Below the pieces are notes generated by a model. The model saw only the letters and a list, made by a program, of their open reading frames with translations. It was not told the origin of the DNA and ran no database searches. A program made the translations under genes and the position numbers. A DNA stretch of 62,498 bases, the filler included, from Pirum gemmata (taxonomy: Eukaryota), in assembly GCA_002812295.1 (NCBI GenBank). It is 19 parts of 19 records of this genome, joined end to end, with 100 filler letters (N's around TTAATTAATTAA, not from the genome) between each part and the next. Parts side by side here need not be neighbours in the genome. Positions count along the whole stretch, not along the records: positions 49,795 to 52,896 come from PDIN01003513.1; positions 52,997 to 56,091 come from PDIN01003514.1; positions 56,192 to 59,302 come from PDIN01003515.1; positions 59,403 to 62,498 come from PDIN01003516.1; 15 more parts are not named here. One strand, given 5' to 3'. Positions 50,934-62,498 of this stretch are shown here, one piece after another. How positions within the stretch are numbered: the first letter of the stretch is position 1; every line of letters begins with the position of its first letter.

Positions 50934-51474
50934 GTAATTTCCGCAATAATAACAATAACAATAATGACAACACCCACATATTAATACAATATAACTACAA
51001 CTACATATACAATAACAACGTTAACAGCAATAACAACACTAAAATGTATGTATAATAACAATAATAATGTCAACAGCAATTGCAAGGTTACCAACAACAA
51101 TAACAATATTGTTAACAACAACAGCAGCAACGTTAACAACAACGTTAACAACATTAGCAACAATGTACAACAATAACAACAATAACGAACACTAAAAACA
51201 ACAACGAAAACAGCATTACTAACACTAATAACAACAACGTTAACAGCAACAAGAACACCACCACCACCACAACAACGACAGCAACAACAACACCAACACC
51301 ATGATCAAAACCAAAACACGCGAGTAAGAGAATAAAAGCAAAAAAAAAAACAAATCATAACAGCAATGCTACTACAAGCACCACATTAAGAAAGATGAAG
51401 AAGTTAACATTTATAAAATACAGATATATAACAATACTACATTTTGTATTATATTAACATTAAGTAAAATCGGT

Positions 51475-52660
51475 GAACATTTTATTTGGTACTTAATAAT
51501 TGATAATTAAACTTTTTAATATAAACACAATAATTAGAAAGACATGCCAGCTATTAAGTTAATAAATAGGTTACTTTGGTAGTTTTTATTTCACTTTTCT
51601 CAGGACAAAAAGATTGAAAAGTATGATAATGTGTTGATATAATTTTGAAGATGTAATATATATATTTATTTGGTAACACAAAATTGATAATTGAACTTTT
51701 TAATACAAACACATAATTAGAAAGACTTGCTAAATTGATTAAAATGTAGCTATTAATTCAATAAATAGGTTAATTTGGTAGTTTTTATTTCTCTTTTTTC
51801 AGGACAAAAAGATTGAAAAGCATGATAATTTGCTGGCATATGTAATATTTATGTTTATTTGGTACTACGAAATTGATAATTGAAATTTTTAATACAATAA
51901 ATAAAAAGACTTGCAAAATTAATTAAAATGTAGCTGTTAATTTAATAAATACCAGTAAAAAAACTGAAGATGGAAAAATCTGAACATGGAATTGAATCTA
52001 GAAGGGTATTTTTGGCAACTAAGACATCTAGATTTGTATTTCAAACTCTTTAATCGACATCTGGATACACTTTTTTTTTTTGAGAAAAATAAAGGATAAA
52101 AAAAAAAAACATCGATTCAAACGATGGTTTTAAGGTCTATAAATACCAATCTAGATGTCTTAATTGACAAAAATACCCTTCTAGATTCAATTCCATCTTC
52201 AGATTTTTTACTGGTAGGTTGATTTAGTAGTTTTTATTTAACTTTTCCTAGGACAAAAAGATTGAAAAGTATGATGAAACATGTATGTTTATTTGATACT
52301 AAAAAATTGATAATTGAACTTTTTAATATAAACACAATAAATAAAAATACTTGCCAAATTAATTAAAATAAAGCTATCAATTTAATAAACAGGTTAGTTT
52401 GGTAGTTTTTATTTCACTTTTCCAAGGACAAAAAGATAGAAATTATGATAATTTGCTTATATAATTTTGAAGATGTAAAATATGTTTATTTGGCACTACA
52501 AAATTGATAATGGAAGTTTTTAATATAAACACAATAAATAAAAAGACATGCCAAATTAATTAAAATGTAGCTATTTGGTGGTTTTTATTTCACTCTTCTA
52601 AGGACAAAAGGATTGGAAGGTACGATAATTTGGTTGATATAATTTTATAGATGTAATATA
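51475..52660. repeat. Tandem array of five ~180-bp units resembling MITE families A/B
   Basis: Unit tttatttggtact...aattgataattgaactttttaata...tttggtagtttttattt...aggacaaaaagattgaaaag(c/t)atgat. Confidence 0.85.
51952..52214. mobile_element. Palindromic MITE with long TIRs and TA TSD, inserted into the tandem array
   Basis: ta|ccagtaaaaaa...atggaattgaatctagaagggtattttt...aaaaatacccttctagattcaattccat...ttttttactgg|ta. Neighbouring units show the empty site aataaataggtt. Confidence 0.9.
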
Positions 52661-53051
52661 TATATATTATCATTATCATTATCATTATCATTATCATCAT
52701 TATCATTATCATTCTTTTTTATAATCATATTATTATTATTATTATTATTACTATTAATAATGTTACTTTAAAAAACACCTCATAGGATTTATTGTTTTCA
52801 TTCATACGTAACAACAGCCTTTTACCGAAATAAATGATTACTATTACTATTATTATTACTATTACTATTACTATTACTATTACTATTACTATTACTNNNN
52901 NNNNNNNNNNNNNNNNNNNNNNNNNNNNNNNNNNNNNNNNTTAATTAATTAANNNNNNNNNNNNNNNNNNNNNNNNNNNNNNNNNNNNNNNNNNNNTTAT
53001 TATTATTATGATAATTGATTATTATTATGTTGTGTATACCATGCCAAATAG

Positions 53052-54865
53052 AGTATTGGCAAAGAATTTTCTGTCTGAAATTTCACCGAAAACTTTTGCA
53101 CATTTGCCTGTTTTGGAAGCATTGGATATATCCACAAATCTTTTGAGTGATGTGAAACCACTGGTGGAAATAGCACAATTACCAAACAAAATAAATTACA
53201 TGTAAGTAATATCTAATGTTTAGAATGTTAACCAATTCTTTATCTCATTTTCTTTATTTGTCACTGAGTTCTTTGTATTAAAATCTCTTACTTTTTTGTT
53301 TTTGGCAGGAATATAAGAGGAAACCCAATAAACTGTTGTTCACAATCACAGCATTTATATCATTTGATGGACATAGTACAGGACTTCTTCTTCACATGTG
53401 ATCATTTCGATACAATCGTAGAAGATTATGAAGGATTGGGCAATAGCTGCTTTAATTGTTCTGCAAATCAATTTTTAGATCCTACATTTGGTTGCATGAA
53501 TTGTACAGGTATTTTATTTCAAGTGATTTCTTTACAATACCTTTATATACTAATGTTGCTTATTAATTTATTATTTTTTGCATTTCCAAATTTCTTAATT
53601 TTTTTTGTTTTTTGTTTATTTATTTGTTTGTTTCTAAATTGTCTTATGTTTTTAACGCATACTACAATGTAAGTGTATGCATGTCTTGTGGGCATAGTAA
53701 ATTTGATCTGTGTATGTGAAAGTTGTGTTATTTTAAATTTACTTTTGTTAAAAATTTCATCGAATAGTTCAAAAAACTTGCAAGCAATCCGAAAAACAAT
53801 GCATAATGAATTCGAGGGAATCTAAATGTAAACCTCACCGATGTGTGGAAGGTCTTGTTACCGGAAAAACTGGAAAATGTGAAGTATGTCCCAAAGGGAG
53901 TCTTTATTTTTCAGCTCAAAATAAGCTATTTAAACAGTGTGGTTAGTATATATATATTATTTTGTTTTATCATATCTAATTTAATTTTTTTTTTTTCGTT
54001 TGTCTCCGAAAAAGTGTTTCTTTTTCCTGTCCGATAATTGTTACAATACACTTTTCATAACCACTTTTTCTATTTTTCAGTTCCATGTGCAGATATGCAA
54101 GGGTATGATTTGAACACGACAGGACATTGTGTGGAAAGTGTACACACAGCTAAAGATAATAAAATTGTCATTATAATCGTATCATCTACTGTTGGTATCG
54201 CTGTAGTGTTTATTATGTTAATATTAGGTGGAGTTTACTGGTACAAGAAACACAGACCTAAAGAGGATTTGTTACACGGGATGACGCCAGAAGAATTTTT
54301 GCAAGTAGAACGTATACATATAGTTAGTGATGCAGAATACAAAGTTCAGAGTGAATATGCAGCATCAAGAAAAAACAGCATAATCAGTCAAAATAAATGT
54401 TCAACAGATTATATTGACGTTGAAGTAAAGAGAGAAACGTTTTTATCAAGTTCAGGGGTTATATATGATCCATCATCTTGCACAGCAACAACTAGTTTAG
54501 TTAGATTGCCATCATTATGTACATCAGCAACTAACTTAACTAGGCATGCATCATTATGTACAGCAACGACCAGCTTGTCTAGACAACATAGTACTATATC
54601 CAAGCGATCCATTACGTCGAGAAAAACTAATGGATCTTTATATATTTCTAGCGATTGTTTACATGGGCAGAGTAATATTCATCTAGATGAGAATTCTTAC
54701 GCAGTTCCACATGAGTTAGACCAGCATTACCGTGTTGGAAATGATGCCAAAGGAACAATAAAATTGCAGCCAGATCAAGCTGCTTCTACCACTGTAAGTA
54801 ATGGAAATATTCAGGAAGAATATGATTGTATACACGAAGTAATCCAGGAAGATGATGAAACGTAA
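53052..54865 (+). CDS. Single-pass membrane receptor with LRRs, LRR-CT and Cys-rich (TNFR/furin-like) repeats, 5'-truncated; exons 53052-53201, 53309-53508, 53768-53941, 54081-54865
   Basis: LAKNFLSEISPKTFAHLPVLEALDISTNLL (LRR), NIRGNPINCC (LRR-CT), CxxC repeats, and TM IVIIIVSSTVGIAVVFIMLILGGVYWY followed by KKHR. All joins are GT-AG and in frame. Confidence 0.88.
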
Positions 54866-55218
54866 TACAAAAATAGTACAAAAATTATACGACAAAAAAA
54901 TCAGATAAACCTAAATCTAAAGAATAAAAAATGAACCTGCAAAAAGCACAGAATAAAAGTGAAAGGTCAGGTTGGAATATAAATACAAAGTAGTTTACCA
55001 TAGTACAAAGCAACTACAAAAGTAAATGCCAATTTTTTTTTTTCAAAAAAAGAAAATGATAAAACGTTAAAAATCGAACGATAGATTTGAAATAAAAACT
55101 GTTACTTTTTTATAAATATATTGAATAATAATAAAATACAAGGGTAGATAATTTTCTATTTTCCCATGGTTACTGCATTCATTTTTTTTTTTTTTTTTTT
55201 TGTTCTCTTTTTTTTTTC

Positions 55219-55249
<31 letters not shown>

Positions 55250-55927
55250 CTTTTTTCTTTTCTTTTTCCTTTCTTTTTTTTTTTTTTTTTCTTTTTTTTA
55301 AACACAATGGTGTTGAATTAATGTTAAGTAGAATGTTAAAATATAATATTAAATCACAGCAATTTATATTTCCTAAATTAAACCAAATCTGCAAACTATG
55401 AATTTCTAACCAAACTATTTAGAAAAAAGATTTTTTGGTATATTTGAGATAAATAGCAGGCCTCTATATCTGTTATTTGTTTGAGGTTCTGCATTGTTGC
55501 GAAATTCCACCTCTCATTGAAAGCATCAATCAGCTCGTCAACTACACTTTTTATTACTGATCACTCGTGTTTCTCAATAAACGAGCTACTAGGAAATGGC
55601 AAACATGAAAATAGATAGCAATTTTTCAAAGTAACGTTTGGTGTTCAGCACAAGAGAAACTTAAAGAACAAAGATATAAAAAGCACAAAATTGTTTTGAA
55701 CGAGTCCTTTTTATCCACAATCCTAAGTCTCATACAAAACGACTTTGGATAGATTCCTAAGTCTCATACAAAACGACTTTGGATAGATAAAAGCGACATG
55801 GCGACTTTACAAAACGGTATATAATAAAATTAGTATACTGTCACGTCTTTGTCTACTTGTAAACTTTTGGAGTTTTGGTTTTCTCCATTTCCCGATGTAA
55901 AATATCAACCATTGTGAAAATAAATGT

Positions 55928-56021
55928 TTAGGTAGCCGTGATTGAAAGTGGACTATTACCTATTTCTTCCCCGTCTATAGAGATTGACATTAAGTACTCA
56001 CCTGGTGCATCAATCGTATAC
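55928..56021 (-). CDS. Terminal exon of a filamin/ABP280-repeat protein (YTIDAPGEYLMSISIDGEEIGNSPLSITAT*)
   Basis: Matches the filamin-repeat end Y....PG.Y.I.V...G..I..SPF.V. The acceptor AG is at 56022-56023. Confidence 0.75.
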
Positions 56022-56038
56022 CTTTTATAATGAATTAA

Positions 56039-56070
<32 letters not shown>

Positions 56071-59000
56071 TACCATTATTATTATTATTATNNNNNNNNN
56101 NNNNNNNNNNNNNNNNNNNNNNNNNNNNNNNNNNNTTAATTAATTAANNNNNNNNNNNNNNNNNNNNNNNNNNNNNNNNNNNNNNNNNNNNTTTGTCCCT
56201 TTTTTCAAGGAACCCAAAAATGAATTTTTTTTCTTTTCTTGAACTCCTTGCTTTTTTCTATAGATACTAGCTAGCTCTAGCTAGAATGGTGGCATCCACA
56301 ATTGGGTCCACAATATGAGCTTCAAAAATCCAAAAAAACTTTTAAAAATTTAAAAGCTCCAAAACCTCCAATTTTAATTAAAGTGCTAGCAAATTTTGAG
56401 AAATGGTCAAACTAATAAAACTCTATTATGAACTAATGGCCAGTTTTTACACATAGTTTGGCTAGTTATAAATTATAATTTTAAAAAGGTTTTTAGAAAA
56501 GTTTGTCTAAAAAAAAAAATGATTTCCAGTTTTATTTGGCTTGACTGTCGTAAAAAAAAAAAAAAAAGTTTTTTTTCACGAATATAGTAAATAAAAGCAC
56601 TATAAAAGCACTGCTGACGTAGCTAACTAAGTAGTATTATATTAAACTATTTAAATAATAATTATTATTAACTAATATTATTCAATGTGCTGTGATTCCC
56701 CTGTGAAGCCTGCGATTGTGTTGTGATGACAGCTGTGATGGCCCAATGTTTCCTATTTTATTTATTTTTCGTTAGAATCTATAGATAGTTTACTAGACTA
56801 GTACGGGCCTACGTATACTATAATGTAATGTAATTATATAATTATTACAAAAAAAGTCGATATTGTCATCATTTTCTTTAGTACTTTAGCCAACGCTATT
56901 TTGTTACTTTCCCAACGCAAGGGACAAAACACTATATATAACATGAAACCGATCATCATCATCATCATCATCGGTAATTATAAATAAAAGAATATAGCTA
57001 ATTATAGTTATATTATTAATAATATAATATTTTTATAAATTAGATATTGATATTATATACAATGCCATCATTAATATTATGATGTATTATTTAATTCTTA
57101 AGCTTATAGCACTAGCTATATATATAGTCTATACATATCAAATTTAAACAGTCACTACGTACACATATTACTACGTATACGGTTGCAATTGCTACGTATA
57201 TATTATAATAACGCAATTTATAATTATATTAATATTATAATAAGAATTTAATTTCTGGCCTAAGAATTTCATCATTCGTATATATAATATTCGTATCTTC
57301 AATTGTAAAATCATTTAAACCAGCGTTCTTTATTAAGTAAAAATTTGTTAATGTAAATTTCGTTTTCAATTTAATGAAATTCAAGGATAAAAAATAATTA
57401 TAATTATATTGAATTTATATCATGTGCTTTTGAGGAGGAATTTTTATGATAGATAATTATTTTTCCAGGTATAATATTTATAAATAATTTTTATTGATAA
57501 ATTATAGGGGTCTATCCAGCCATTCCAGTGTCTATCCTCGGTTATGGTCATATGATATTGTTATATTATTTTTAAAACTTATAGTCTTATCGATACCGAA
57601 TTGCCACATTCGAGTGTCAATTGGACCCAATTAAAGAAATTGAGCTAGTAAAAATAATTTATAAAAATAAGGGGACAAAACAAAAAAAAGTACTGGTGGC
57701 CACTGACCACTGGCTAGAGCTTAGTAGCTAGCTAGGTGCTAGTAGCTAGGTGACTGATATAGAAACAAAAAATGTACTGTAAGAACGGGAGTCGTTGACT
57801 AGTCGTTGACTTTTGTGTGTTATTTTTTTTTTGAAAAACGTCATTCGACTCTATACACTCTCTATACCATTATTATTATTATTAGAATAAATTCCGGCGG
57901 TCTATATGTATTTCGATAATGGTGAAAACACTGAAAAGGTGATCAAAGACAGATCAAAGGGTACTACTGGTAGTAGTACTACTTCTAGCAAGAAAATTAT
58001 TTTTTAATTTTGTTGTTTTCTTGTTGGTAAAAACAAGGGCAATTCTCGAAATTAATACAAAAGCAGCTACAACTACAAAAGCTCACTACTACTAGCTAGC
58101 TAGTAGCTAGCTAGAGACTCTAGCTAGACATTGTAGACAAAAGCCAAGTATCTGATATAATAATATTATTATCATAATATTATAATGATATGATACAAGG
58201 ACTTTTTTGAAGTCCTTGTATGATATCATAATAATACCAAAGACTTTCAATGCCGTAGCTAGCTAGCTAGCTAGCTAGCTAGACTTTGCCTTATACCCAC
58301 GCTGTCTATTTTTAGAACAGATAAAAAAATTAGACGGTACAAAGGCTCCACGTAGTCACATTTTAGGAAGCTTTTACGAGTCATTGATATTTCAAAAGAA
58401 AAAACTAAAATAAATAAATAAAAAGTAATCAATATTAAAAATTCGTCTATATTTTAAATTTGTATTATACTACTACTACTACTACCACTACTTTCTACTA
58501 TTACTAAATGTAAAACTTTTAATATGAGTAGTATCTTTCATATTAATACACACACTTTTTTATTTTTTATCGATAATTAATTGAATTTTCAAATTTGTTA
58601 TTATTATTATGATAGTTACTTTATTAGTTTCCTGTTAATTTTTTTTTAAATCTCTGTTATTTATTTTTTGTTTGTTTAAATTTATTAACGTTCATGTTTG
58701 TTTTGTTTAATTAAATTACAAAAAGTTATTTACAGTACTAGTAATAATATTTTATGCGTTTATTTGTTTAAAGTTTAATTAACAAGCAAATAATTTCACT
58801 TCGTCAATTGCAACGCCACTCATCAATGCTACGTACCTTATGCATCGATCGCCATCATTAAGACCATCATCATAATATCATACCACGTACAATATCATAC
58901 CTCATTGTTATTTGTTATAGTAACTTTGCATGTATTTATAAATTGTTTAAATTTGTAAACACTTGTAATTGTAAACATTAATATTATTTCTATCATACAG

Positions 59001-60474
59001 GGCTCTAGCTAGAACCAGTAGTTAGACATTGCTTAAATATCATACTGAAATAACCACTTCTTTAGGATCGGGTTGATTTGTTTATAATATATAGCTGTGT
59101 TCTTGTCACAGAATTTTGTGACTTTTGTCTGCTTTATACCCGGCCCTGGGTCTATATATAATATATTATTATATCGATAGTTTAATAAAAATTGTGTATT
59201 TTTTTTGGATAAAAACAAGGAGTTCAAGAAAAAAAAAAACCAAGTCTTTTTCTTGAACTTGATAATAATCAAAATAATAAAAAAAAAAAAAAAATGTAAA
59301 AANNNNNNNNNNNNNNNNNNNNNNNNNNNNNNNNNNNNNNNNNNNNTTAATTAATTAANNNNNNNNNNNNNNNNNNNNNNNNNNNNNNNNNNNNNNNNNN
59401 NNTTATTATAATAATTATTAATATTATTCTCAGTTATTACTAATTTATGTCATATTATTATAGAACTATTTTAGTTTGTAATACAAAGACCCCAGGTTTT
59501 TAGAAAAGAAGTCTAAAAAAAATGAAATGATTTCTACAGTTTTATCCGGTTTGCCATTACGGGCCAATTTACGGCCCTTTAAAAGCTAAACGATCTCCAA
59601 ATACGTTGGTCCCCATATGAATATGATAGCTCTAAAAAATGCCCAGATCGTCCGATGGTGAAGGTGGTGATGAGTCACTGATGACATTAGTCTATATCCT
59701 GATTTTCATTTATGTTGTCACTCTGAGTATTTATTTGGTTGTTTATAACCGTTAAATTGACATTTTTAAATGAACAATTAGATAATAAAATATACCAAAT
59801 TAAAAGTGAAGTGGGTTATATTGTATTAATTTGGTAATTTTTATTGTATATTTTATGATGACAGAACAACCGAAAAGCACTATCATATAACAGTCTCATG
59901 ATTATAAATATATCGTGTTTTTCAATAGTGTTATCTAGTTCAAAAACTGAAATAAACGCGCTAAACTATTATAGTCGGTTATTATGGTTAAACTATCAGG
60001 CATGTTTTAATTACTTTGGTATTTTAAATAATAATAAATGTTGGATTTTATAAACAAGCTCAATTATACACTTCATTAATAAACAGTACCAAATTAAAGA
60101 TTGAGAGGGCAACTGTAATGAAATAAAGGGTATTTTATTTATTCTTATCATATAAATAATAGCATAGGCCCACGTATGTCATATAATAATATATCAATAT
60201 ATCTATCAATACTACTATCGCTACTATCGTTAGCTATCATAGCTAGTACAGTTAATGATAATATGATTTTTTTATTTTTGATTATTATTTTTAAAAAAAA
60301 AATTAGGTTTTCTCTTTTTTTTTTGGCTTGTTGTTTTATTTAGCTGTTTATTTGCTGTTTGTCCTCTTTTTATTAAAAAATTTCTTATTTCTTATTTTAT
60401 TATTATAGTTTTTTTTTTGTTTGTCTCCTGTGTGTTGCTTGTCTAGCTAGGTCTAGCTAGTGTTCCTTGTCTAG

Positions 60475-60675
60475 CTAGTGTCTATTCGTCAAAGCGTCAT
60501 TTTAAAATGACGTTTTATCTCAAATCCAACGTGGTCGTATTAACACTTTTAATTACGCAAATATTATGCAGTGAGCTGATCGTGTCATTCATTCTCATTT
60601 CCCGAAAAGTTTGTCAAAGTAAAACTATTTTTTGTCATTTTAAAATGACAGCGCTATCTGACGAATAGAGACTAG
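60475..60675. mobile_element. 201-bp MITE with CTAG-terminated TIRs and apparent 9-bp TSD (gttgcttgt)
   Basis: ctagtgtctattcgtca / tgacgaatagagactag. gttgcttgt occurs at 60434-60442 and 60676-60684, and gttccttgt at 60462-60470. Confidence 0.75.
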
Positions 60676-62498
60676 GTTGCTTGTTGTTGTTTGCAAAAAT
60701 TGTTTCTTTTTGTTTTTTGTTATTTTTAATTTTAAAAGTTGTTTATTTTTTTAATGACAGGGTTTGCCCTCTCTTATGTATTTTTCTTATTTTATTGTTT
60801 TTTGTTTGTCCTATATCATTGTTTTTTGTCAGTAGTTGTTTGTGGTGTCAGTTTGTTGACATTGTTTGTTGTTTTTTGTTGATTTGTTTGCAATTGATTT
60901 TGGTATGCTGTTTGTTTTTTGTTGCTTAATTAAATTGATCTCTACATGTTCGCTGTTTGCTGTTTGCTGTTTGTGTTGTTGATTGTTGGTGGTTGTTGTT
61001 GGTTGGTGGTTAGTGGTTGGTGGTTGGTGGTTGGTGGTTGGTGGTTGCTTTAGTGTTGGTTATTCGTTGTTGGTTGGTGGTGGTTGTAATTGGTTGTTGG
61101 TTGTTGGCTGTTGGTTGTTGGTTGTTGGTTGTTGGTTGTTGGTTGTTGGTTGTTGGTTGTTGGTTGTTGGTTGTTGGTTGTTGGTTGTTGGTTGTNNNNN
61201 NNNNNNNNNNNNNNNNNNNNNNNNNNNNNNTGTTGGTTGTTGGTTGTTGGTTGTTGGTTGTTGGTTGTTGGTTGTTGGTTGTTGGTTGTTGGTTGTTGGT
61301 TGTTGGTTGTTGGTTGTTGGTAGCTGGTAGTTTTAGAGTTGGTTGTTGGTTAACGTTGTTGTTTTTTGGTTGCTGGTTTTTGGTTGTTAGTTGTGCGTCA
61401 ACGTTTTTTGTTTTTTTGTTTGTTTGTTTGTTTGTTTGTGTGTTTGTTTGTTTGTGTGTTTGTGTGTTTGTGTGTTTGTGTGTTTGTGTGTTTGTATTTT
61501 TGTATTTTTGTTGTTTGCGTGTTTGTGTGTTTGTATTTGTTGCTGTTTATTGTTGTCAGCAGGATGCATTTTGAAAATATCAATATTATGACTAAACCAG
61601 ATATATTTATTATTATAAACATTTTTTTTTTAGCAACTTTCTTTTTAAATTAAAAAATCATGTAATATTAATATATTTATTGAAGGATCTTTAATAATTA
61701 ATATAATTATTATTAATATTAGTTCAATTTTTATTAGAATAAATAGAACAGATCAGTGTCAGTCACCTCATTTTTGGGGGGTCTGTCAAGTACTAGTTGT
61801 TGTACATAGTCTAATACGGGAAAATTATTATCGTACATTTCATTTATTTTGTCACTCCGAATATTTATTTGGATGGTTATAATCTTTAAATTGACAATTT
61901 TAAATCAATATACAGATAACAAAATATACCAAATTATATTAAATGAATTTAAATTATTTTAATTTGGTACTATTTATTGTATACTTTATAATGACAAAAC
62001 AAATGAAAAGCACGTGCATTATATGTTATTTTTATTTTAAAAATAAGTAGACCGAGTTATGGTATATATGATATACGTAATCATATTATATTGTGTTTTT
62101 CAATTAGTGTTGTCCAGTTCAAAAACTGAGATAAACTTATTATACCAAAAAATTATTATAGTAAAACTATCAGACATGCTTCCATTAATTTGGTATTAAT
62201 AATACCGTATTATAATATTATAAGTAATGTTGTATTTTATAAATAAGTTCATTACACAATTAAACAGTATCCATCACATTAAAGATCGCGAGGGGAACTG
62301 TAATGAAATAGACGATAGTATTGTGCTTTTCCTTTACTTTGTCACTCTGAATATTTATTTTTTACCATACAAACCATAGGATCAGATAATACAACCTTTA
62401 AAAACATTAAAATGGGTATATCTCATAGTCAATAATAACTTCCTGTTATTAATCAATATAATCTCTATAATTGATATTTTAATTATTATTATTATTAT

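Noticed and set aside
55960..56021. Two tiny exons separated by a 27-nt gtgagt...tag intron
   Set aside because: Read-through gives a clean filamin-repeat C-terminus, so the splice-like motifs are coincidental.

Overview
This window is not one locus. It is 19 unrelated short scaffolds (mostly about 3 kb) joined by artificial N-TTAATTAATTAA-N spacers, so nothing can be inferred from adjacency across spacers. The DNA is from a very AT-rich, intron-rich eukaryote with GT-AG introns and TTAGGG-type repeats. A unicellular holozoan or similar protist is only my guess. Most ORF-track entries are microsatellite noise. Genes I could rebuild by hand: PRKRIP1/DUF1168 (complete), a GPI-anchored secreted protein (complete), an intronless LPMO-like + CBM1 + beta/gamma-crystallin-like protein (complete), a Ku70 exon, a SET-domain protein start, an LRR/Cys-rich single-pass receptor (3' part) and a filamin-repeat terminal exon. 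The main finding is a spliced eukaryotic gene with the bacterial GmrSD/SspE/BrxU-type architecture (DUF262 end + DUF1524 HNH), a candidate horizontally acquired modification-dependent restriction nuclease. The non-coding DNA holds several MITE families (TA, 7-bp, 8-bp and 9-bp TSDs), CTAG-rich scrambled tracts that look like stacked transposon footprints, and tandem duplications that capture exon boundaries, including an array of frame-preserving 30-nt candidate micro-exons. All family calls are motif recognition by eye, with no database searches.
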